This document shows positions 8,808 through 16,464 of a DNA stretch of 32,268 nucleotides, one piece after another. Origin of the DNA: a virus (lineage: Duplodnaviria > Caudoviricetes); IMG/VR virus record IMGVR_UViG_3300012940_000069, positions 1 to 32,268 of that record. One strand, given 5' to 3'. Within the stretch, counting starts at the first letter, position 1, and every line of letters begins with the position of its first letter. The position numbers and the translations under genes were made by a program. Under the pieces are notes generated by a model. It made no database searches. It saw nothing but the letters and a program-made list of their open reading frames with translations, and had not been told where the DNA came from.

Positions 8808-9453
8808 GAAAAACTCCGAAGTCCTTGATCTCATGATGAAGCGGCTTGGCGACCGCAAGGCGCAAGTGCTGCGTGCGCAAGTTCTGATCGAGCTAAACAA
8901 AAAGATCAGTCAACTTGAGCAAGGATCTACGCTGCCGTGGTTTCTCGAGGACCGCTGGAACGGGCAAATGGTGGCGAATCAAGATTACGTTGACCTTCCG
9001 GCGGATTTCCTTCGGGAGTTTGAAGAGGGAAGGTTCAAGGTCCTCAACAATGAAGGGAAATGGAGTCCGCTTACACGGGTTTCCCTTGAGCAACTGGAAG
9101 AAGAAACTGACGGGGTTGACCCACAGCTTCCAGCTGGCTACGCCTTTTTCGGGGAAAAGGTGTACTTCGGTCCCGTACCTGATAAGGCGTATCAGTTCAA
9201 GCTTCCAATTTACAGAAGGTCCAATCAAATCCTCGATGATAGTAACGAGGTCACAAACAAGTGGCTTCTAAATTTCTTCAACTATGTTACGCTCGAAGTG
9301 TTGCATATCGTAGCTACGCTGCATACACGTGATTTTACACTTGCAACGAATATCAACTCCGAGCTGCTGTCTGCGCGCGATACATACTGGCGTGCAGTTG
9401 AAGCGCGAATGCATACAAATCGAGACTATTTGTTGGATAACGAGGAGCGGTAA
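8806..9453 (+). CDS. Head-to-tail adaptor (tail tubular protein A-like)
   Basis: Motifs YVDLPADF, P..YA, FGPVPDKAY and NKWL are typical of podovirus adaptors. The ATG at 8806 is preferred over the GTG at 8755. Confidence 0.8.
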   Translation: MKNSEVLDLMMKRLGDRKAQVLRAQVLIELNKKISQLEQGSTLPWFLEDRWNGQMVANQDYVDLPADFLREFEEGRFKVLNNEGKWSPLTRVSLEQLEEETDGVDPQLPAGYAFFGEKVYFGPVPDKAYQFKLPIYRRSNQILDDSNEVTNKWLLNFFNYVTLEVLHIVATLHTRDFTLATNINSELLSARDTYWRAVEARMHTNRDYLLDNEER

Positions 9454-9455
9454 CA

Positions 9456-10214
9456 ATGGGTCTTGAAACAGCCAACACAATTAACGAGCTTGTTGAGACT
9501 TGGCCGCTCCAGTCAGACAAGATTCGCCAAGGTGCTGGACACCTTCGAACTATCAAGGGAGCTCTTAAGAGAACTTTCCCTAACATCACGACTCCAGTAA
9601 CGGCTACGTCGGAAGCCCTAAATGGCTTGCCCCCAAATTTTAGCGCCTTCGTAACGGAACTTCTAAAGCACGTTGAGGCAGCTGGAACCATTAAGATTTG
9701 GGATGTTACGAATAAGCCAATCCCAGAGGGTTGGGTGCCCTGTGACGGTCGAACGGTTTCAGGCTATGGTGTAGTTCCAGACCTGCGAGACAGGTTTATT
9801 GTAGCATCAGGAACTAGCCTTGAACCTGGAACAACTGGTGGAAGTATCTCAAAAACTACTACTCCTGGTGGCGGGCATACGCCAGTGATTCAAGGGCATG
9901 CGTTGACAGAAGCGGAAAACGGCCCGCATAAGCATCTTGGTGCGATGGTTACATGTTCTGGAGACGACAACGCACAGCTTCAGGCTAACCATTGGGTTGA
10001 GATTTCTGGTGAACAGTCGCTTGGAAAGGTTAATCTTCCTGATTTTGAGACTTCATCTAGCGGCTCTGGCGTTCCACATACCCACGGAGCTGACGCGGTT
10101 CCAGACCATACACATGATGTGTCAGACGTAAGGCCTCCATACTACGCTGTACTGTTCATCATCAAGGTCGTAGATTTTGACTTTGCCTCGATTGGCGAAG
10201 TGATACCGGTATGA
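9456..10214 (+). CDS. Short tail fibre/needle protein with a tail-collar domain
   Basis: N-terminus MGLETA..I..L...WP...D....G..HLR.IK..LK.TFPNI. Collar motifs IPEGWVPCDG and PDLRDRF, HxH repeats and RPPYYAVLFIIKV. Confidence 0.8.
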   Translation: MGLETANTINELVETWPLQSDKIRQGAGHLRTIKGALKRTFPNITTPVTATSEALNGLPPNFSAFVTELLKHVEAAGTIKIWDVTNKPIPEGWVPCDGRTVSGYGVVPDLRDRFIVASGTSLEPGTTGGSISKTTTPGGGHTPVIQGHALTEAENGPHKHLGAMVTCSGDDNAQLQANHWVEISGEQSLGKVNLPDFETSSSGSGVPHTHGADAVPDHTHDVSDVRPPYYAVLFIIKVVDFDFASIGEVIPV

Positions 10215-11395
10215 GAGTTACAGTTAGCAAATTGGGAGCGCCTGGGTTTGTTCGCGACGTAGCGGAATACGCTATTGCGCCGCAGGCCTTTAATGAGGTT
10301 CGCAACGCTAGGTTCAACTCCTCCGGCATAGCGACCTTCGGTGGTGAAGTAGAGGTCATGTCGCAGGCGCCATTTGCTCCGCTGTGGCTTCGCCCTTTTC
10401 CGCCGATCGAAGCTCCTCTTTGGGTCTATGCTGACACTCAGCATGTCTTTGTCTACGACGGCGACCATCATCAGATAACTCGCAACAGTGGACCTTATTC
10501 GGGGAACGTAAATGAGCGCTGGCACGGAGAAGTCCTCAACGGGATCGGCATCTTCAACAACACCGTTGATGTGCCTCAGATGTGGCTTGACTTTGACGCT
10601 TCACAGAAACTCGCCGATCTTGCTAACTGGCCCGGAACCCTGCGGTGTAAGTTCCTGCGCCCTTGGAAAAACTTCCTATTTGCAGGCTACCTTACAGACA
10701 GCGGAGTCGAAAAGCCATTCAGAATTCGATGGAGTGACCCTGCTTTCCCCGGGACTGTACCTAGTTCCTGGGCGATAGACGATCCAACAAAGCAAAGTGG
10801 CGAAAAGGATCTTGCAGAAACTGACGACTATGTTGTAGACGGGAAGGAGCTTGGAAATTACTTCATCGTTTACAAGCAGAAATCTGCTTATGCCTTTTAC
10901 TACATTTGGCCTAACAACGACGTTTTTGCTCATGAAAAGATCTTGTCGAAAGGTATCCTTCATCGCGATTGTGTACAGGATTTTCCTCGCGGACACTTTG
11001 TCGTAGGCGTAGATGACATCTACGTTCACACTGGCCAAAAGAATAGCAATGAAAGTATTGTTGAAGCGAGGCTAAGAGATTGGGTCTTTAATCAAATAGA
11101 CTCGTCAAATTATAGGAACTGCTATACCTTTCAGCATCCACGCCGAAATGAGATCTTCTTTGCCTTTCCAGAGGCAGGAGAAACGTATCCTACAATTGCC
11201 CTTGTTTGGAATTGGGTGACGAATGGTATAGGTGTTCGAGATTTGCACGGGTCTCCGTTTATTCATCCTGGACCTATTCTTGTTTCAGTTGAAGAAGATA
11301 TTTGGGGCGAAGATTTTGTCGAGACCTTCTTCCTCGTTACACACGGCGGTGATCCGCTTGTGACGTCAGGCGGCGACAACCTTATCTGGAGTTAG
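10211..11395 (+). CDS. Tail nozzle/stabilisation protein, N-terminal fragment (beta-propeller-like) with an added C-terminal peptide
   Basis: Motifs G.V.D, NARF, RW....LNG, RWS....PGTVPSSW, VDG..L...FIVYK, HFVVG.DDIYVH.G and ALVWNW.....VRDL match the N-terminal ~365 aa of LUZ24/PaP3-type nozzles. Ends in LVTHGGDPLVTSGGDNLIWS. Confidence 0.8.
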   Translation: MRVTVSKLGAPGFVRDVAEYAIAPQAFNEVRNARFNSSGIATFGGEVEVMSQAPFAPLWLRPFPPIEAPLWVYADTQHVFVYDGDHHQITRNSGPYSGNVNERWHGEVLNGIGIFNNTVDVPQMWLDFDASQKLADLANWPGTLRCKFLRPWKNFLFAGYLTDSGVEKPFRIRWSDPAFPGTVPSSWAIDDPTKQSGEKDLAETDDYVVDGKELGNYFIVYKQKSAYAFYYIWPNNDVFAHEKILSKGILHRDCVQDFPRGHFVVGVDDIYVHTGQKNSNESIVEARLRDWVFNQIDSSNYRNCYTFQHPRRNEIFFAFPEAGETYPTIALVWNWVTNGIGVRDLHGSPFIHPGPILVSVEEDIWGEDFVETFFLVTHGGDPLVTSGGDNLIWS

Positions 11396-11397
11396 CA

Positions 11398-12906
11398 ATG
11401 GCTAACAAAACAATCGATGATCTTCCAGCTTCTAGTGCTCTCACGGGTAGTGAAGTCGTTCCAGTATCACAAGAAGGTGCGACAGTAAAGACTACAGCTG
11501 CGAACATTGCGGCCCTTGCCCCCAAACAAGATCACAATACGCTATTGAACTTGACTGTCGGAGATGCGCATCCGCAATATCTAAATCAGGTTCGCGGCGA
11601 CAATAGATATGTACAGCTTACTCGCCAGATTACAGCAGGAAACGGGTTGTCTGGCGGTGGAGACCTCAGCGCAAATCGTTCCTTCTCGGTCAAGGCAACA
11701 GCTAATGAGGGCATTACAGTTACCGTAAACGGAGTCGAGCTGGACATCAATGGCCTTGGCGCTTTGCCTGAGTCTGTTGATCCAACTGAGGACATGCTCG
11801 TAATTTGGAATGCAAGTGAAAGCCGTGAGCGCAAGGTGAGCGTGGCTACGGCCTTGGCTGGAGCCAGCGGCTTTGTTCCTACAGGTCGAACAATTACAGC
11901 GGGCGGTGGCCTAACTGGTGGCGGCGATCTTTCACTTGACAGAACACTTGCAGTTGGCGCAGGAACCGGCATTAGCGTAGATGCTGATTCTGTTGGGCTG
12001 GATACCTCGCATCCATGCAACGTCGATCACAGTGCTGTAAGCATCAATGCAGGTACAGGCCTAGTTGGTGGTGGAACGATAACTGCAAATAGAACGATTT
12101 CCCTTAATACTTCAAGTACACGGAATGTAGACCACAGCGCCGTTTCCATTATAGGTGTTAACAGTATTACAGGCGGAGGCGACCTTTCAGCAAGTCGAAC
12201 GATGCAGCTTCAGGGAGACGCAGCTTCGCCTGGAAATAATGCTTTCTACGGAACAAACGGTTCTGGAGTTAAAGGCTGGTACGCTATTTCGAGTGTAAAT
12301 ATTGCTTGGGGGCAAATAACTGGTGTAAAGGATGCAGATCGGTTGCAGGGTAATCCAGCCAGTGCGTTTGCAGCGGCAGGTCATACGCATAATCTTTCGT
12401 CCCTTAGTGGTCAAGTAACGAACGCTCAAGTTCCCCAATCGGCGGTTACGCAGTACCAAGCTGCACTAAGTATAGGGTGGGGGCAAGTAACTGGTACATC
12501 TTCTTCTGGCGCACGATTCCTTGCTTTAGGTGTTGGAATTGATCCTGGTAGTGCTGGAACAATTAGAGCAACTGGCAACATCATAGCGTTCGAGACTTCT
12601 GATGAGCGATTCAAGGAAAACATTCTTCCAATTAAAGATGCTCTCAATTACCTGTCTCACATCCGTGGAGTGTCCTTTAACTGGACGGAAGAATACTTGC
12701 AGCGCGAGGGTGGTGCTGATGGGTACTTCCTTACGAGAGACGATGTAGGTGTGATTGCTCAGGAAGTAGAGAATTACTTCCCGAACCTTGTCAGAACCAG
12801 GGTGGATGGAACTAAAGCGGTCAAGTATGACAAGTTTATTCCTTACTTAATCGAAGCTATTAAAGAGCTATATGAGCGCGTTCAAGAGCTTGAGAGGGCT
12901 CGATAA
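11398..12906 (+). CDS. Long tail fibre with C-terminal intramolecular chaperone (peptidase S74)
   Basis: N-terminal KTIDDLP...LTGSEVVPVSQ.G.T.K module, four GxGLxGGG(D/T)(L/I)SxxRT-type repeats, SDERFKENI autocleavage motif, GVIAQEVE and a terminal coiled coil. Confidence 0.9.
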   Translation: MANKTIDDLPASSALTGSEVVPVSQEGATVKTTAANIAALAPKQDHNTLLNLTVGDAHPQYLNQVRGDNRYVQLTRQITAGNGLSGGGDLSANRSFSVKATANEGITVTVNGVELDINGLGALPESVDPTEDMLVIWNASESRERKVSVATALAGASGFVPTGRTITAGGGLTGGGDLSLDRTLAVGAGTGISVDADSVGLDTSHPCNVDHSAVSINAGTGLVGGGTITANRTISLNTSSTRNVDHSAVSIIGVNSITGGGDLSASRTMQLQGDAASPGNNAFYGTNGSGVKGWYAISSVNIAWGQITGVKDADRLQGNPASAFAAAGHTHNLSSLSGQVTNAQVPQSAVTQYQAALSIGWGQVTGTSSSGARFLALGVGIDPGSAGTIRATGNIIAFETSDERFKENILPIKDALNYLSHIRGVSFNWTEEYLQREGGADGYFLTRDDVGVIAQEVENYFPNLVRTRVDGTKAVKYDKFIPYLIEAIKELYERVQELERAR

Positions 12907-13853
12907 TGCCTACGCCTAGCGGTCGTATTAGCTTTGAAGATATTCGTGTCGAGTTCAATGGCCTTGTTCCCATACTCCTGAGCGACTATTACCTTGCACC
13001 TACAGGGGTAGTTCCCATTTATCTTCCAAACCAGGGACTTCCTACTTCTGGTCCACTATCCCTCGCAGATCTTAGATCAAGGTCTCGACTGCGAGCTGTA
13101 CTTCCAGCTGGGGGTTTTAGTTTTAGTGGAGTTGGTTCTACTCAAAGATATATAGGCTTTTCTCTTGATCCTACTGATAATCTTTGGAGACTTAGGCGGG
13201 GAGCGGGTGCACCACCTTCAGGAGTCACTTCTAGTGGAACATGGAGGTTCAGCGGCGCAGCTTCTGAATACGAGATAATGTGCACTGCAACCAAAGACTT
13301 TTACCCAGCCAGTCTGGCGAGAAATGTCTGGTATAATTTGGGAGGTGGAGCCACTTTTTACTTTGATGGTCAGAGTATTGCACCTAATGTTACTGGAACG
13401 GTATATATCCGTTATGCAAGTACACAACTACTGCTTACAACTTGTGGATTCAATTTCAGTTGGGATCCTGGCCTTCCATCTATTACGGCAGGCATAGCAG
13501 GGAGTGAGCCTCTTTACAGAGGATATGGAAATGGTAGCTCTGGAGTACCGCTCATAGGCTCGATATCTAATGCCGATGTATCTGGATTAGGAACTATAGT
13601 TGGTATTTATGAAGAGTATTTCTCACTAACAACAAGTCATAGATTCACTGTGGAAGTTTCCAATAACGTTTCTCAGAATGCTTTTTCTACTATATCGTTT
13701 GTAGGAAAAGGGGGAGTATTTCGGTCCTTTAATACGAGTTCAGCAACTTTTACTCACCCAGGCGGTACTCGTAGCCGATGGCAGTGGCTTCCTGGCGATG
13801 GACCAACAGAATATTTTGGTCTCGGAGAAACTTACACCTTTAACATATCATGA
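12906..13853 (+). CDS. Putative fibre-tip adhesin / receptor-binding protein
   Basis: N-terminal SG.IS..DI..EF.....LSDYY...P.SG.LSL.DL module typical of proteins that follow S74 fibres. G/S/T/aromatic-rich beta content and A/T-ending codons. Confidence 0.7.
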   Translation: MPTPSGRISFEDIRVEFNGLVPILLSDYYLAPTGVVPIYLPNQGLPTSGPLSLADLRSRSRLRAVLPAGGFSFSGVGSTQRYIGFSLDPTDNLWRLRRGAGAPPSGVTSSGTWRFSGAASEYEIMCTATKDFYPASLARNVWYNLGGGATFYFDGQSIAPNVTGTVYIRYASTQLLLTTCGFNFSWDPGLPSITAGIAGSEPLYRGYGNGSSGVPLIGSISNADVSGLGTIVGIYEEYFSLTTSHRFTVEVSNNVSQNAFSTISFVGKGGVFRSFNTSSATFTHPGGTRSRWQWLPGDGPTEYFGLGETYTFNIS

Positions 13854-14092
13854 GTTATACCCCAATTGAAAGGGTCTCTGACCCAGCAGCGCAACGAGAA
13901 TTTCGTCGGATCGCTGAGTCTTTAAACTCCATTGCCGTGGGCAGGATTGTTGTCCTCCACGTTGCCCCCTCAAAGCCGTATGACGGGCAAGTTGTAATCT
14001 GCGATGGAGTTCATTGGAATCCGCTGAATGACGGACTCAAGCGTCCAATTTGGTTTGATGCCGAGGCAAATCTATGGAAGCCCTTCGCATAG
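13850..14092 (+). CDS. Small conserved tail protein
   Basis: EFRRIAESL...LHVAPSKP.DG.VV..DG..WNP motif, recalled from the gene that normally follows the nozzle in related podoviruses. ATGA coupling. Confidence 0.7.
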   Translation: MSYTPIERVSDPAAQREFRRIAESLNSIAVGRIVVLHVAPSKPYDGQVVICDGVHWNPLNDGLKRPIWFDAEANLWKPFA

Positions 14093-14508
14093 TAATCGTT
14101 CATCCTCTTAATGTTGAAGATAACTGGCCCATTGTTGAGCCTTACATTCTTGCCGCTATTGGCATAGAAGCTCAACCATGTGATCTTGAATATATCAAGC
14201 GTCAGGCTTTAACCGGTAACGCAAGGATTTGGATTGTCCAGCGCAATTTTAACATTGAGGCTGTTCTCGTAACTGAGACAGTCTTTTATGGCGGAAAGAA
14301 AACGCTCGTCATTCGATGGGCCTCTGGCAAAGGTAAACTGATGCTTTGCAAAGACATCATGGACAGCGTTGAAACTTACGCTTACCATGAGGGCTACGAG
14401 CGACTGGAAGCTTGGGGGTCTAAAGGCTGGGAGCGTATACTTCAACCATTGGGTTTCAGACACGAATTTACCATAGTTGGTAAGTTCCTTGCAAAAAGGA
14501 TGCACTGA
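14074..14508 (+). CDS. GNAT-fold-like virion assembly protein
   Basis: W..V.P, LEAWGSKGWERIL..LGF motif. Position just before the ejection proteins. Confidence 0.65.
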   Translation: MEALRIVIVHPLNVEDNWPIVEPYILAAIGIEAQPCDLEYIKRQALTGNARIWIVQRNFNIEAVLVTETVFYGGKKTLVIRWASGKGKLMLCKDIMDSVETYAYHEGYERLEAWGSKGWERILQPLGFRHEFTIVGKFLAKRMH

Positions 14509-15344
14509 TGGGCGGCCGATCTAGAGAACAGCAAACGTCAACCACTACGGTCCAGCTGCCTCCAAATCAGCAGCAGAATGTTGACCTGCTGATGCAGGCA
14601 GGAAGGGACATCTTCAATAGTGGAGGTCCACAATTCTATCCTGGGCAAACCTATGCTAATCCCAGCTCTACACAGATTGCCGGGAGAACAGGAGCTACAG
14701 GTTACGCGCAGGGGGCTGGACAGAACTTCGTTAATCAGCTACAGGGTAGCGAAAGTTTCTTCCTCAATCCCGCTAACATTTTCAATCCTAGCAACATTCC
14801 AGGATTTCGAGCTGCGACAGAAGGCGTTACACAGTCTGTTACAGACAACCTTATGCGTAACATCATTCCCGCAATTAGAGGGAATAATGTCGCTTCTGGT
14901 AGTCTTGGTGGCAGTCGTGGGGCTATTGCCGAGGGGCTCGCTGTAGGCGAGACGAACGCAAACCTCGGGCGCATCCTTGCGGATATGAACATGAACGCCT
15001 ATAACTCTGGGCTAAATATGTATAACTCTGCTGCAGCCCGTGCGCCCCAGACCTTCGGGCTTGGCCTTGCGCCGTCAAACATTCTGCAGGATATTGGCGC
15101 GCAGCAAAGAGCTGATACGCAGATGGGAATTGACGAGGCTGTGGCTCGATTTAACTTCAACGAGATGCGGCCAATCATTGCAGCGCAGCTTCTGCAGCAG
15201 CTTACTGGCACTGCTGGTCAGTATGGTGGTACAACGACACAGGAAACTACTCGCCAACTCGCCGGTGGAGGTAATGGTTGGCTGCAAGGACTTGGCTCGC
15301 TTATGATGATTGCAAGTGCCCTGTCAAGGAATCCGGAGGCATAA
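14508..15344 (+). CDS. Internal virion (ejection/pilot) protein
   Basis: MGG...QTSTTT start, G/Q/N/A-rich, GSLGGSR motif and hydrophobic Gly-rich C-terminus. Confidence 0.75.
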   Translation: MGGRSREQQTSTTTVQLPPNQQQNVDLLMQAGRDIFNSGGPQFYPGQTYANPSSTQIAGRTGATGYAQGAGQNFVNQLQGSESFFLNPANIFNPSNIPGFRAATEGVTQSVTDNLMRNIIPAIRGNNVASGSLGGSRGAIAEGLAVGETNANLGRILADMNMNAYNSGLNMYNSAAARAPQTFGLGLAPSNILQDIGAQQRADTQMGIDEAVARFNFNEMRPIIAAQLLQQLTGTAGQYGGTTTQETTRQLAGGGNGWLQGLGSLMMIASALSRNPEA

Positions 15345-15348
15345 TAAA

Positions 15349-16464
15349 ATGGCTATTGCAGATCTTCTTCAAGCTCTCTTTATGCGACAGCCAGCAGCGC
15401 AACCGCTACCTCCCGTTGTCAATCCCATTGGTGGCGGTACTCCTTCAACACCAACACCAGTACCGGGAATAAATGGCCCCGTAACACCGGCTGTCAATCC
15501 CGCCTACGGCATCCCCAATAACGTTATGGGGCCGCCTAGCCCGGCTGTGGACCCGGCCCGGCAATCCGGTGGCATTTTCAACGCCATACGGACTACCCTT
15601 GCAGACCCAAATTTTCGAGCAGCTTTGATGACGACCGGGGCAAACCTGCTACGTAGTCCTGGTTATGGGCAAGGCGCTGGAGATGTTGCTGCTGACGCTA
15701 TTACAACTGGCATTGGAACATTGCAGGGACTTAGGCAACAGCAGCGTCAAGTGGAGATGCAGCAGCAGAAGCGGGCTGATGAGCGTGAAGATGCCTTGGC
15801 CCGTCGCCGTCAAGCTGAGCAGCAAATTGACATCAATCGTCAACAGGTTGAAGGTCAAATCGAAGCACAGCGGAAGGCTGATACTCGTGGCACTCGTCAG
15901 CTGACTGAAACTGAGAGGTCTAATCGTGCTAGGGAAGAAATTGAGCGTATTCGTGCGGAAGCTGATCGAACGCGCGCGAATGCGTATAGAGCAGCTGGCA
16001 TTGGAAGGACACCGCAGGATATTCAAAAAATTAACATGCTTGCTGCACAATACATGGCAGAGGGTATGGACGAGACTGCGGCAAAAGCCAAAGCTGTCAT
16101 GGTTGTGGAAAGCACTGGACGTGCTAAGTCGCCAGGTGAGCAGGCTCGTTCGCTGTATGAAGCAAGGCTAAAAGCTTGGCAGAATGACTTCCAGAATTTT
16201 GGTAAGACTCTGACTGCCGAGCAAGCTAAGCAAATGCTTGAAGAGTCCATGAACGATGTCATGTATCTACACCAGTTCAACCAGACCACGACAGGGATGC
16301 CAGGCACGCCACGTCCGACTCAACGGAGTGGGCCGATTCAGCGGCCTGGAGATAACGTTCGACGAAGCCCAGTGGGGACTATAAGGAATGGCTACAAGAA
16401 GATCAAGGAAGGCCCCGATACGGATCAAACCACTTGGCAGAAGGTGAACGACAGTGGCGAATGA
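15349..16464 (+). CDS. Internal virion (ejection) protein
   Basis: ATG at 15349 with a GGAGG SD. Pro-rich N-terminus, coiled coil with ETERSNRA.E, and C-terminal PVGTIRNGY...W.KV mini-module. Confidence 0.75.
   Translation: MAIADLLQALFMRQPAAQPLPPVVNPIGGGTPSTPTPVPGINGPVTPAVNPAYGIPNNVMGPPSPAVDPARQSGGIFNAIRTTLADPNFRAALMTTGANLLRSPGYGQGAGDVAADAITTGIGTLQGLRQQQRQVEMQQQKRADEREDALARRRQAEQQIDINRQQVEGQIEAQRKADTRGTRQLTETERSNRAREEIERIRAEADRTRANAYRAAGIGRTPQDIQKINMLAAQYMAEGMDETAAKAKAVMVVESTGRAKSPGEQARSLYEARLKAWQNDFQNFGKTLTAEQAKQMLEESMNDVMYLHQFNQTTTGMPGTPRPTQRSGPIQRPGDNVRRSPVGTIRNGYKKIKEGPDTDQTTWQKVNDSGE

Noticed and set aside
7331-11395. Split intein or intron rejoining the nozzle halves
   Set aside because: No Cys/Ser-start or His-Asn intein termini at the break points, and no non-coding space for intron structure.
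11393-11400. Readthrough of the nozzle N-half TAG into the tail fibre
   Set aside because: The fibre ATG is in a different frame, so readthrough gives only a short unrelated extension.
11398-13853. Diversity-generating retroelement or invertible fibre cassette
   Set aside because: No reverse transcriptase or invertase, and no template/variable repeat pair seen in the window.
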